Origin: Emiliania huxleyi CCMP1516
Taxonomy: Eukaryota
DNA: 64,000 nt
Direction of reading: 5' to 3'
NCBI RefSeq assembly: GCF_000372725.1
Contig: NW_005201412.1
Location: 62,001 to 126,000 of the forward strand
Shown: one piece after another, positions 47,130-58,500 of the stretch
Layout of the letters: every line of letters starts with the position of its first letter
Position numbering within the stretch: the first letter of the stretch is position 1
Translations under genes and position numbers: made by a program
The notes under the pieces: generated by a model
Seen by the model: the letters and a program-made list of their open reading frames with translations, nothing else
Database searches by the model: none
Told to the model about the DNA's origin: nothing

Positions 47130-48391
47130 ATGTCGAGCGGCCTCGGCGGCCTCAACAAGTCGCCCCACGGCGTGGTCGTCGGGCTCTGCCAGCTGCAGCT
47201 TCCCGTCATCGAAACGAAAGACCAGCTCGACGCTCAGGTCGACCGCGTGTGCGCTCTCGTCGGCAAAGCGCGGCGCGGCTCCACCTCTATGGACCTCGTC
47301 GTGTTCCCCGAATACATGCTGCACGGCCTGTCTATGGACGTCTGCGATGAGATCATGTGTGAGCGCGACGGCCCGATCGTCGCGCGGCTGCGAGCGGCCT
47401 GTGTGCAACACAAAATCTGGGGGTGCTTCTCGATCATGGAGCGCAACCCTGCCGCGCCAGAGAGCCCGTTCAACTCGGGCCTGATCTTCGACGCCGACGG
47501 CAACGAGGTGCTCTACTACCGCAAGCTGCATCCATGGGTGCCGGTTGAGCCGTGGGCGCCAGGCGACCTCGGCGTGCCGGTCGTCGACGGCCCCAACGGC
47601 TGCAAGCTCGCACTGATCATCTGCCACGACGGCATGTTTCCCGAGATGGCTCGTGAGTGCGCGTACAAGGGCGCAGAAATCATGCTGCGCACGGCCGGGT
47701 ACACCGCGCCGATCCGCGACTCGTGGGTCTTCACGAACCAGGCAAACGCGTTCCAAAACCTGATGTGCACCGCCAGCGTTTGCATGAGCGGCAGCGACGG
47801 CACCTTCGACTCGATGGGCGATGGCGGATGCGAGCACGGGAGGCACTGCAGCGCGTTTCCTCTCCCCACCCATCCCTCTGAATCACAGGCGAAGGAATGT
47901 TCTGCAACTTCGACGGTGGGATCATCACGCGAGGCGGAGGCCGGCCGGACGAGATCATCACCTGCGAGCTGCGGCCCGACCTGGTCCGGGGAGGGAGGGA
48001 GGGAGGGAAGGGGGGGGGGGGGGGGGGGAAAAACCCATTCCGCTGTTGCTGCGCCTCTGATAGGTTCGCGAGGCGAGGCTCGGCTGGGGCGTCGAAAACA
48101 ACATCTACCAGCTCGTACGCTGCGACAGTAAGATAGTGCGGGTGCCGACATTCCACGGCATGACCTGACCGTGCCTGACCGCAGGGCCACAGAGCGTACG
48201 TTGCAGTCCAGGGCGGGGCGCGCGACTGCCCGTACACGTTCATGCACGACCTCGTCGCGGGAAAGTATCGGCTGCCGTGGGAGGGGCAGGTGAAGCACAC
48301 CGATGGCCGCTCCTGCGGCTTCCCCGCGCCTGTGCGCGAGTACGCGCCCTCGGCTGCGGCCAGCAACGGGCACGGCGATGCAAAAAAGTAG
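47130..48391 (+). CDS. amiF: Formamidase (nitrilase superfamily), 4 exons
   Basis: MSSGLGGLNKS, DLVVFPEY, YYRKLHPWVPVEPW, IICHDGMFPEMARECAYKGAE (E-K-C triad), WGVENNIYQL, GGARDCPYTFM. Confidence 0.92.
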
Positions 48392-48819
48392 AGCGCATCA
48401 TATCCGCCATTCGCTAGGCCCGGATTGTTCCATCACGCGCATAGTTCCCATGATAGTTCCCGCTCCTCTCGCGCTGTACTCTACGGGGGCGTGCGCGGCC
48501 CTGTGCGTGTACGTTTATTGTACATACGCGTTACCGGCGTGTAGCCAGCGGCTCGTGTCTTTCGCTTGTGTTGGGGCTGCGCTGTTCTCTCTGCCTGGAC
48601 GTTGGAGCATGGCCTGGCGAGGCAGAGCGAGCTCACATGCACGTCGAAGCTCGAACGCTATTTTATTGTGTTATAGAGTTATCTCACGTCTCACGATCCT
48701 CGCCGATCGCGCGCACACGGCAGCCTGTGATATCGTTGTTATCTCGCTCCTTCCTGCCGCGACGCGCGAGACGCCGCGGACCGCTCGAAGCAACGCCATC
48801 GGACCCTCATCAGAGTCAA

Positions 48820-50065
48820 TCAATCACGGTGGTGATCATCGCACTTCCTCGCGGCGTGTCGAAGCTCTTTGATGGTGGCCTCCTGCGAGGCAACGGTTCT
48901 CCTCAACCCCTCCTTCTCGACCGCCTGCTTCGCATCGATCCTCATCATCTGCTCGATCGTTGAGGTCTGGTCCCCCACGACCTTTTGAAGCTCGTCGATG
49001 ACCACGCGATCGGAGGAGGCCTGGTAGGCAAGAGGGGAGCGCCTTGGTCAGAAGGCAGCGTGTGCGGATGCGGGATTCTCACGGGATGCGTCCCACCTGA
49101 CTCGCCACCGCCGCCCTCCGAGACTCCTGGTCCTGCGTGGCCTGCTCTCCCAAGGCCGCGCGTAGCGCCTCGATCGCGGACTCGTATGTCGATGCCTGCG
49201 TCTCGAGCTTGACTTCATCCTTTGCGAGCTGCTCTCGAACCGCTACCCGCATCTCCGCCAACATCTTCAGCCGCATGTTCTCGATCGTCTCCGCGTCGCG
49301 CTTAGCCACCTCAGCCATCTTCGTCCGAAGCTGCTTAATCGCTGCTGCGTCGCGTGCCGCCTGTCGCTGAATCGCGGCGCGCAGGCTCTCGATAACCGCC
49401 TCGTCCGCTGAGCTCTGTGTCTCCAACGTCTTCTGGACCTTCGCCTTCGAGGCGGCTAGCTTTGAGTCCGTCTCCGCGAGGTGCTCGATCGCAGACTCCT
49501 GCTCACCAACCACCTGCCGCAGCGATTGGATCGCAGCGGCGTCGTTCGTCACCTGCGCCTCAATTGTGCTGCGCATCGCCTCAAGCGCTGCCGCCTGCGA
49601 GTCGACAGTTTTTTGCAGCCCGTCGTTACTGGTGCTCTGTCGCTCGCTGTGTCCCTTGAGCTCCTCGATGGTTGCCTTTTGGTCCTCAATCACCCTGCCC
49701 ATCGCCTGCAACGCGTATCCACTGTTCATTGCAACGGTCTTGATGCCCCTGCGCATGGTCTCGAGGGCAGTGGCGTCTGCAGCTGCATGCTGCTCAAGCT
49801 GCTTCTGGAGCGCCTCTTTGGCGGCCGCCAGCCGGGACTCAGCCTCGTGGAGTTCGCCGATGGCCGCTGCTTGGCCATCAATCACCTCACGCATTGACTC
49901 GAGCGCTGCAGTGTTGCTGGCTTCCTGCTCAAGGAGCGCCTTTTGCATCGTTTCAACTGTCTCTTTGAGCACCCAATACGGCACGGCGACATCGACATCC
50001 GCGGGCACACTGGGTGCCGAGGCGGCGAGCAGCGCCCCAAGGCTGACAAGAGCCGCCTTACGCAT
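48820..50065 (-). CDS. Secreted coiled-coil repeat protein (2 or more exons)
   Basis: Signal peptide MRKAALVSLGALLAASA, then heptad-like repeats of the type AALESMR.VI..Q...I.EL. Confidence 0.7.
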
Positions 50066-50570
50066 GGAGGTTTGGCATACGTCGGCGGCGGACGGGCGGC
50101 CGACGCACAAAACGAACTCGACCGTCCACCGGGATCTTCACAAAAACAACTAATCGAAAAGGAAATACCTGCCTCGCGCATTTCTCTGTCTATCGCACTC
50201 GGACCCAATATTTGCCCGCCAAAAGGAATTCCCGCGTAGCGGCCAAGATCCAAGATCACGCACACGACAGTCGGGGTCCTCACAGAAAGGCCCAAGTCCA
50301 AATCCTCGGACAGTCGAAACTCCTTGTCAAGGTACTGACAAACAGAAAAACAACGAACGAATTTCAAACAAACCGCCACCGCCGCCGACGTCTCCCAGTG
50401 AGATGCTGCTTGATGGAGAGGGGGGACGACACTGCTTCGGCGGCGTGTGCACCTCAATCCTGTCTGTACCTTAAGGTACCGTGTTTGTTATGACCCCCCT
50501 CCATCCCCCCCCCCCCCCTTTGAACCTCTACTACAAACTGGCCACTTCGGCGGTTGGTTCGCGTTCAGAT

Positions 50571-51580
50571 ATGTCACACGCAAGCGAGACGCCAGGCACC
50601 GCAAGCGCGACGCCGCTACCCAGCGTCGCGCGCCCCGAACTGCCGCGTCCGTCGGACGATTGGCTGAGAGCGAGAAGAGCTAGCGAGCGGGGCTCCCGGC
50701 AAGATAAGCCGTCCAAGACCACTGCAAAGGCGCAAAATGCCACCGCGAGAGGTATCAGTGAGGCTGCTGCCCAGTCCGCAGCCGAGTTACCCTGCTGGGA
50801 CATTGGGCTCGAGGGGATGGTGAATAGCATATTCGACGATGCCGACACGAATGATGACGGGCTCGTTGACATCAGCGAGTCCTACATCCTCATTCTGAGG
50901 CTCTACATCAAAGTGAATCAAAAGGCGCCGATCAAGCCGCCATCTCGCGAGACGGCAGACATGCTGTTTAATACGGCAGACACGGACGTGTCTGGCATGA
51001 TCAACAAGCAGGAGTTCCTGCAGCTTTCACTAGACCTCTTTGCGAGCGCCGGGATCCGGGTGCTCTGCCATAGCTTGAGAATCGTCTTCTCGCCGTTACC
51101 CTACACACACCGCACAGCCGTGAACCCGACCCAGCGTCCTCTGCCCGGAGGTCCTCGCTTATAAGCTCGTCAGCTTCCTGTTGGCGCCCCTCCTCGCGAC
51201 TTACCTCTCCGGCTGGCTTGTCACCCATCCCAACAACCTGACGGAGAGCGCCGTGGCTGCCGCGAGGGCTGTTGTGCCCGACTCGCTTGAACCGTCCGTT
51301 TTCACGCAGGTGTGCGACATCTCGCGCCCACCCCCTCGCTTCGTGACATCCCATCCAATCTCGCCTCCCTAATAAAGACCCCACCGACCCCAATCTCTGG
51401 TCCTCACCTCATCTGCCGCCGTCACCGCAGGGCACCTTGACGACCATACTGATCGTCGTCTTTGTGTCGACGCTCGGGCATGTCTTCATGGACCTTGTCG
51501 ACACGCTGCTCCTGCGCGTTGGGAAGGCGGAGAATGAGGAGGCCGCAAAAGAGGCGAAGCGCAAGGACTCGCTGCTGTAG
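50571..51580 (+). CDS. EF-hand membrane protein (2 EF-hands, 2 TM segments, 3 exons)
   Basis: DTNDDGLVDISE and DTDVSGMINKQE loops. Hydrophobic LVSFLLAPLLATYL and TILIVVFVSTLG. Confidence 0.8.
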
Positions 51581-51747
51581 CACGTATCTTAGCGCATGTG
51601 CAGAGCGCTGCTAGAGTAGAGTATGTGGAGGCATGTGTCGAGAGCTGAGGGAGGGCGGCATGTCCGGTATACGGCTTTACATGGGGGACTTATTTGTATC
51701 GTCTCGCGTGCAAGTCGGTACCGTCATCGCGCGGTACTTGTACGCGT

Positions 51748-52156
51748 TAGGGCCGGTGCCTAACGTTAAGATAGCTGAACAGAGAGTGTTGCTAGTGTTA
51801 ACAGTAACAACAGAACAATCAGTGGGGTTCCCCAACAACAGTAGCTAACGTTCGGCCCACTGAACAACAGTAAGGATGGCCTGGCAGTGACCCGCGACGA
51901 TCTCTCGTGTCCAGTGCGGGTAATACCCGAATACCGGCTCCCGGGGGAAACCCCAGGTATTTTATTGGGGGTTACCCGGGGTTTTGCCATTTTCTGCTTG
52001 CTGGCCGCTGAACAACAGTAACAACAGTAACAAACAGTAACAGCATGGGCTGGGGTGAACACACTTGAACAACGTTGAGGATTTCAGCCAACAACACAGT
52101 GCAACTGTTAGGCCCTCCAAAAATTAACACGTTACGCGGGCACACCCCCCCCTAGA
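51748..52156. repeat. AT-richer element with aacaacagta(a) motif arrays, possibly a hAT-type MITE
   Basis: Repeated aacaacagt motifs, taggg..gtgcc / ggcac..cccta ends, flanking gtacgcgt repeats. Confidence 0.4.
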
Positions 52157-52349
52157 GTACGCGTTGTACCGTCTCGTCTCTGCGCGACCAAAATGCAATA
52201 AACATGAAACGAGAGATATGCTCAAGGATCGACTCCGAGAGATCACTGAGTGACGTACAATGTACCGAAATAGGCGCGCAACGACCAGGGGGGGCCACAA
52301 CAAGCCTCACACACTCACCGCAACGCGCTCTCTGTGCCTCTATCCGCGC

Positions 52350-53076
52350 TCAACGCCGCTGCCTCTTGCGGGCGCTGCCCTTTCCCTTCTTGGCCTTGCG
52401 GGGCCTCGCGATGGAGGTTTGGAGGGGCAGAGGCGCACCGTCCAGTTGCCGGCCGTCCTGCGTGCAGATGGGGCATTTGCACAGAGCCTCCCGCACGCCC
52501 GGCTGCCGGTCGTCGACAGTGACCGTGTCGTCGGGAAGGCCGATGATCTCCTCATAAGACGACTCATAGTAGTGCAGCTTGTACCACGCCTTGTTGTAGA
52601 ACTCGGGGTCTCGGTCGCGTCTTGAATCCTTGGTCTCCTGCGGCATGAACTGGACGAGCACGGCCGTCCAGTCTCCATCTTCATCCGTTGCAATCACCCG
52701 CCTGCCCACCAGATCCTTTCGGTCCTTCTCATAGCGATCCTGCGCCTTCTCGAGCGTCTCAGCCGTCGCGCCAAAGATGCCCACGAGTTTCCCCTCCTCC
52801 GTGGTCTCCCAGCCCGGCGGCTCGCGCGGCATCGGTGGCAGCTTCTCGGCCTTTGGCTTCTTCGCGGTGGCGGCGGGCTTCTTTCCGGAGGCGGCGGGCG
52901 GCCTCGTGATCTTAACCCCCTTCGACCCCTCCCGGGCGGGCGCTTTCGGCCCCTTGGCTGCGGCCTTGGCCGCCGTGGCGGCGGGCGGAGCCTCGCTTAG
53001 CCTCTGCGCCGGCGGGCAAACGCGCTTGCCAGGCGCACGGTCCCGCGGTGGCGGCAGCGGCGACGGCTCCTCGCCA

Positions 53077-53112
<36 letters not shown>

Positions 53113-56100
53113 TCACCCTCGCGGTCGCGGTCAGCCTCGTCCTCGCTCTCGCTCTCGCTCATCCTGCGGTCCCACAGCTCGGCGGCAGCGGCGCTCCGCT
53201 TCTCCGCCTGCGTCCGCGCGCGACCGCCCGACCGCCGTTGCTGGGTCGCCCTCGCCGGCTTCTGCGCGCGGAGGATCGTGCACTGCGACTTCCGGGTGCA
53301 CCGGAAGAGCGGATGCAAGCAGACCTTCGCCTCGCAGCGCGTCCCTCGCGGCGTGGAGGAGAGCGAAGTGGAGGCCGGAGGCGGCTGAAACGGCACCAGC
53401 GTGCCCGGGGGCGGCGAAGCGGACGCCGCTGGGGGGGGCGGCCCAAACAGAGGGACGGGCGAGGGATCGAGCGGCGGCGGAGGCGGCGCGAGCGACTGCC
53501 CGCCCAGAGATGGCGGAGGCGGCGCTGCAAGCGGCTGCGGCGGCGGTCGCCGCGCGGCGGGGGGGTGCGCCCGCCGCACACACGCGGCACAGCGGCCGCA
53601 ATCGGGTGCCCTGCACGCGTCGCACTTGCGGCAAGGAAACTGCGTCTTGACGCACGCGCGAGGGGTGCACGAGACGAGGCCGCCCGGCCGGATGCAGAGG
53701 TCGAGGTGGACCAGGGGATGCGGCGCGGGCAAGACCTGCGGCGGGAGAGCAGGGGAGAGGAGGGGGTGTGGAGCGGGGTGCGGAGCGGGAGAGGAGGGCG
53801 CAGCGGGGATGCGTGGCTTGGTGAGCCGAATGCCGTGGAGGCGTCTCGCGAGCGTTTCGGGGCTGGCTCGGGAGTGCCTGCGGCTTTGTGATCTTCTTCC
53901 ACCGATCGCGGCACATGCTGTCGGTCCGGCCCTGCAGCTCGGCGTGCCGCAGCACGGCCGACCACTTGTGACCCAACAGGCCGACCGCCGCCATCAGCCG
54001 CGCGTCCTCCTCCGCCGTCCACTCGGCCTGCGGCGCCGGGGGGGTCGGCGTGAGGAGGGTGGCCGTGGGGAGGGGGCAAGGGTGGCAAAGCCGTGGTTGG
54101 GAGCCTTGAGGGCGGGGTCGAGCCGGTTGCACCAGCGCTCGCGGCACTGCATCGGAGTGCGCCCGTCCACCTCGCGGCCGATGTCGGTCCAGCTCGGGAG
54201 GCCGTTGGAGAGAGTCCAGCGCGTGACCGCCTGCCGCAGCGCGTCGTCCTCGGCCTATCCACAGGCGGGCGCGTGTGGGGGAGCGTCACGGTGGCCCATC
54301 CGCAGCCCCCCCCCCCCCCCCCCGCCCGCCCCACCGGCGCGCCTCGGACCACTTCCCCTTGTTGAGGGACGGGTCGACAGAGTACCGCCACCGCTGCAGG
54401 CACTGGTTGCTGCTCCGCGTGTTGCCGAGCAGCTCAGAGACACGCTGCCAGTTGGACTCGCCGCACTGCTCCACCGCGCGCACGAGGAGGACGTCTTCAT
54501 CGTGCGTCCACCCCTTGCGGCTGCCCTGCGACTGCCGCTGCTGCGGGAGCAGCACCGTCTTGTAGTACCGGAAGCAGGCCATTGGCTGCCGCCGCCCGCC
54601 GGCCGACGAGCTGGCCGCCCCCTCGCTGCTCGCCCGCAGCTTCGCCGCCGCCCGCGCGGTCTCGTCCGGCATCTCGCGCGACACCTGCTCCGAGGTCAGC
54701 CGAGATGGCCCGAGATTGCATCTCGCGCGACACCTGCTCGCGCGCGCGGCTGGTTCCCCTGGGCCAAGGCACCCCTGGGCCAAGGCACCCGTGGCACCTC
54801 GTCCCAAGCGTGTCCGCCGCATGCCTACCTCTCTCTCGGCGCCTACCTACCATCGGGCGGCACCTCGTCCCAAGCGTGTCCGCCTCGCGCCTCGACGAGC
54901 CGCGAGAGGGCGAGGTGCTCCGCCTCCGTGAAGGGAACCTGCGGCCGAGGCGGAGACGGTGCAGGGGGAGGGAGCGGGGGGAGGAGGGAGCCCCTCTTGA
55001 CCCGGAGGAGGGCGCCTTGCTGATCTTCTCGCGCTCGAGGGCTCGCGACGAGTATGGCCGCACGCGAGGGTCATCCACCTGCGCCGGGAGAGACGGGGAG
55101 AGACGGGGAGAGATGGGGAGAGACGGGGAGAGACGGGGTCCTCCACGTGCGCCGGGGCGGTGCGACGCGTCGCGGGCGTGTCCCGGGAGAGGGGGGTGTC
55201 CTCCGTGGGGAGGTGTCCTCCGCAGCCCGCCTGGCTCCAGCGAGCCTCGCACTCCGCTGGCGAGCGGTGCGGCAAGTAGACGCGCGTGAGCTCCGCCCAG
55301 TCGAGAGGAGGGGTCGTGTCGAGGAGGGAGGAGAGGGCCTGCAGGAAGGGCGGTTCCAGGAGAGGTCGGGGGAGGTGCAAGGGGAGAGGGCTGTCTCGAG
55401 GAGGAGAGGGGCACCTCGTCGCTCAGCTCAGCCGCGTCCTCCGGCAAGGCCCTCACCTCCGCCTGCGCCGCCCTCTTGTCGGCGAGGCTCGTGCTCTCCT
55501 CCTGAACCAGCGAGAGAAGCGCCGTGTGCCTCGCGCTCACCGCAACCTAGCGACCAGGCAGCAAACTGTACGCACCGCACACTCGGGGCGCACGGCGGGG
55601 GGCGTCTCTGGAGCGCAGCCTGCGCGACGCCGCGCCGCAGCGTGTCTCTGTTTGGCTTGGTCCACTTTCGGAGCTGGTCGGGCAGGTTGCTTCCGAGCGG
55701 GATGGCTCTGCGCAGCGCCTCTGCTGCGTCGGTGTCTCGGCTCGGCGGCGGGCACGAGTCTGTGCCGTCCCCGAAGGCACCCTCGCCGGGGCAGCGGTAC
55801 TCTCGGTGGGCCCCGCTCGCAGGGAGCGGCGGCGGCGCGGCGCCCTCCCACCCGCCCTCCCACCCGCCCTCCCACCCGCCCTCCCACCCGTCCTCGACCA
55901 GCGCGCCGCTCCTCTGCAGCGACGTCCCGGGCTCGGTCGGCGCAACCGCCTCGCCCCGCCCGCCGCCGACAGTTCCTCGCTCAGCGTCGCAGTCCCTCGC
56001 CGCGGCCACCTCCGCCGCGGATGCGCCGCCCCCGAACAGCTCGGCGCGCCGGCGGCTGTTGCAGTCGAGCGCCTCGTCGAGGAGGGCGAGCTGCTCGCTG

Positions 56101-56498
56101 CACACGCGCTGCATCTCGCGGTTGAGCACGAGGCAGCGGTGCACCGCTGCCTCCACGTCCTGCGGCTGCCGCGCGAGAGGAGCCGCACCCGTGGCCTCCG
56201 CAACCTCCGCGCCCTCCGCGCCCTCTCCTCCCTCCGCGCCGGCCGTTCCGGGCGCACCCTCGCGCGGCGGCGGAGCAAGCAGTTTAGCAAGCTGCTCGCG
56301 ATCTGCCTGCGCGTATCCCTCCTCCTCGTCGTCGTCTTCATCGGCATCGTCGCTCTCCTCGTCGCTCTCCTCTCCGCTCTCCTCTGCACTCTCCTCTGCC
56401 GCCGCGCCCTGCTCGCCGGCTGCCGCGACCGCACCAGCCTTCCTCGTTTCATCCTCGCCATCTGTCGTGAATCCGTCATCTTCGGGCCCGTCTGGCAT
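52350..56498 (-). CDS. SNAPC4: SNAPc190/SNAPC4-like multi-Myb-repeat protein with C-terminal CXXC zinc finger (spliced)
   Basis: N-terminal CLVLNREMQ..EQL coiled coil, FGD...PPPSRDT, KWTKPNRDTLRRGV half repeat, then Myb repeats (LDWAEL..RSPAECEARW; WTHDED..CLQRW; WSEAED..CRERW; WTAEED..CRDRW). CXXC: CRKCDACRAPDCGRCAAC...CEAKVC. Confidence 0.75.
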
Positions 56499-57144
56499 CA
56501 GCAAAAGGCTGCCGCGCGTGCGCGCCCTGCCAAAAAGAATTTTCGCAGGCCAATCCTGCTCGTGCAGGTGGGGATCCTGTCTTCCTTCCCCATCCCTCGG
56601 TCGGGTTTTTCTTTCTTTTAGTGCGCGCGTGCTTGGCGAAACCGCAATGCGGCGATGGACACCTCGCTGCGGGCGCTCGCGAGGCCGTGAGCGGGGATCC
56701 CACCCGGCTGCCCCTCTGACTATTGCATTTCTGTCTGTGGTTGGTGATGCCTTTCCCTGAGAACGCACACAACGCCAAGAAGAGAGAACAGAGAAATATC
56801 TCTCTCTCACACACACAACGCCTCGTGTGTAATGCCCTGTGAGCTGTGTTCCGCGAGTGCGTGTGCCCCGAGAGTAGGACGTGTGTAACACTGACTGACT
56901 TACACTGGGCACGGGACTGGCGCGCACTCGCAAAAAGAATTTTAATCCCCGCGTTAATAATTCAGCGTTAATCCTTCATGCTTCAATCACCTTGTGGGGG
57001 CCCTGTCCTTTCTTTTTTTAAAGGTTTTTGTCTTTCTCCGATCCCGAGCTCAAGAAAAACTTTTCTTTTGGGTTTGTGCCTCGGCGGGCGCACCAACTCC
57101 GCACCCGCACACACACGTCGTATCTTGTGTGTGTGTATGTGTAT

Positions 57145-57821
57145 ATGCTGCGCCGCGCCGTCCTCATCCTGGCCATTGCGCCGGCAGCAAGCCGGCCCGC
57201 AGACAGCAAGGCCTGCACTTCCACGCTGCACGGCGACTTCAATTACGAGGCCTGCGGCGCCTTTTGCAAGGCGGCAAAGGTGTGCTCCGCGATTATCACT
57301 CTGCGTGCAATGCAGGCAAGAACCCTCCCTCCCGCGCATGCACGCAGGCGAAAAACCACTGTCGCTTCTGCAAGTGCAAAGCCTGCGGCTTCTGCTCGGT
57401 CGGGGCTGCCGGACACGGCGTTGCTGGCGCCGCCACTCAACCACGCGATAGCGCCGGAACTCATGCAGCCCCAGCGGGCGAGCCACGGCTGGGCAAGCCG
57501 GCCGCCCAGCCGACCACCGTGCGGCAATCGCCGGGAGCAGCCGCGGGCGGTGCACGTCCGGTGCAGATCCCCTCCGTCCTCGTGCTGCTGCTGGGTCTGT
57601 GTCTCATTGGCTTCTTGGTGTGGAGGCGTGCGCGAGAGGAGCAGTCCGAGGAGGCTGCGCACACGCTGCTTGGCGACGTCGATCAGCCGTACCAGTCCAA
57701 CGGGCGCCGGGACATTGACGAGGCTATTCTCGCTGCCGAGAGGCTGGAGGAGGCGACAAGGATGGGGTCAGAGAGGGCGGAGGGAGGAGTCTACTCCCGA
57801 GGCGGGCGCGCCTTGCCGTAG
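57145..57821 (+). CDS. Small type-I membrane protein with Cys-rich extracellular domain (2 exons)
   Basis: Signal peptide, CTS...EACGAFCK/NHCRFCKCKACGFC, TM VLVLLLGLCLIGFLVW followed by RR. Confidence 0.7.
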
Positions 57822-58500
57822 AGCTAGAGGGACAGGGAGTTTCCTCGCTCACCGGGTCGCCCTTTTTGGCACGCCGCCGGAGCTCGAACTCACCCCGTGT
57901 TGCGCGAGACATCGGGGCGCGAACGCGAGGTGGCGAGGACCGCGCAGCGGGTTTTGCTATATCGGTGGACGGTGGTTCGGTCTAGACGGTGTCGGTCATC
58001 TCGGTGCTTCGCACGCCGGTTCCCTGGGCGGTTCGGGGGCGTTGCTCGGGATTGGTTGAGAGAGGGGACGGGGGAAGAGGCGTCCAGGCCGCCCTCCCAC
58101 CTCCTGCAAGTACGAAGTAGGAAGAAGTGCTACACGCATAGCCTGAGGGTATCCTAAAAGTTCGGCCGATTTGGGTCAAAACGCTAAAAGCACGACATGC
58201 CGTGGATTTCTCTTAGTTTCGAGATGGGGTCCCATGGCCCGCCGCAGGCGCCGAAATTTCCATTTTTCTTTTTTGCGCGATTTTCTACTTGTTTTCATGA
58301 GAATTTCGCGTATTTGCGACCATCACGAACTGCCTCGGATTGGCGCTGCTGGCACTCTCGAGGCACCCACCCACCCTAGCTATACACGAACCGGCACGTA
58401 CAAAAATAGAGAGATCCACACACACTGTTTGGGGTGCGCGTTCTCACGCCATGCAATCGGTTGAAGCCGGTCCCCTCCCCCTCCCCCGGCCGCCTCTCCC

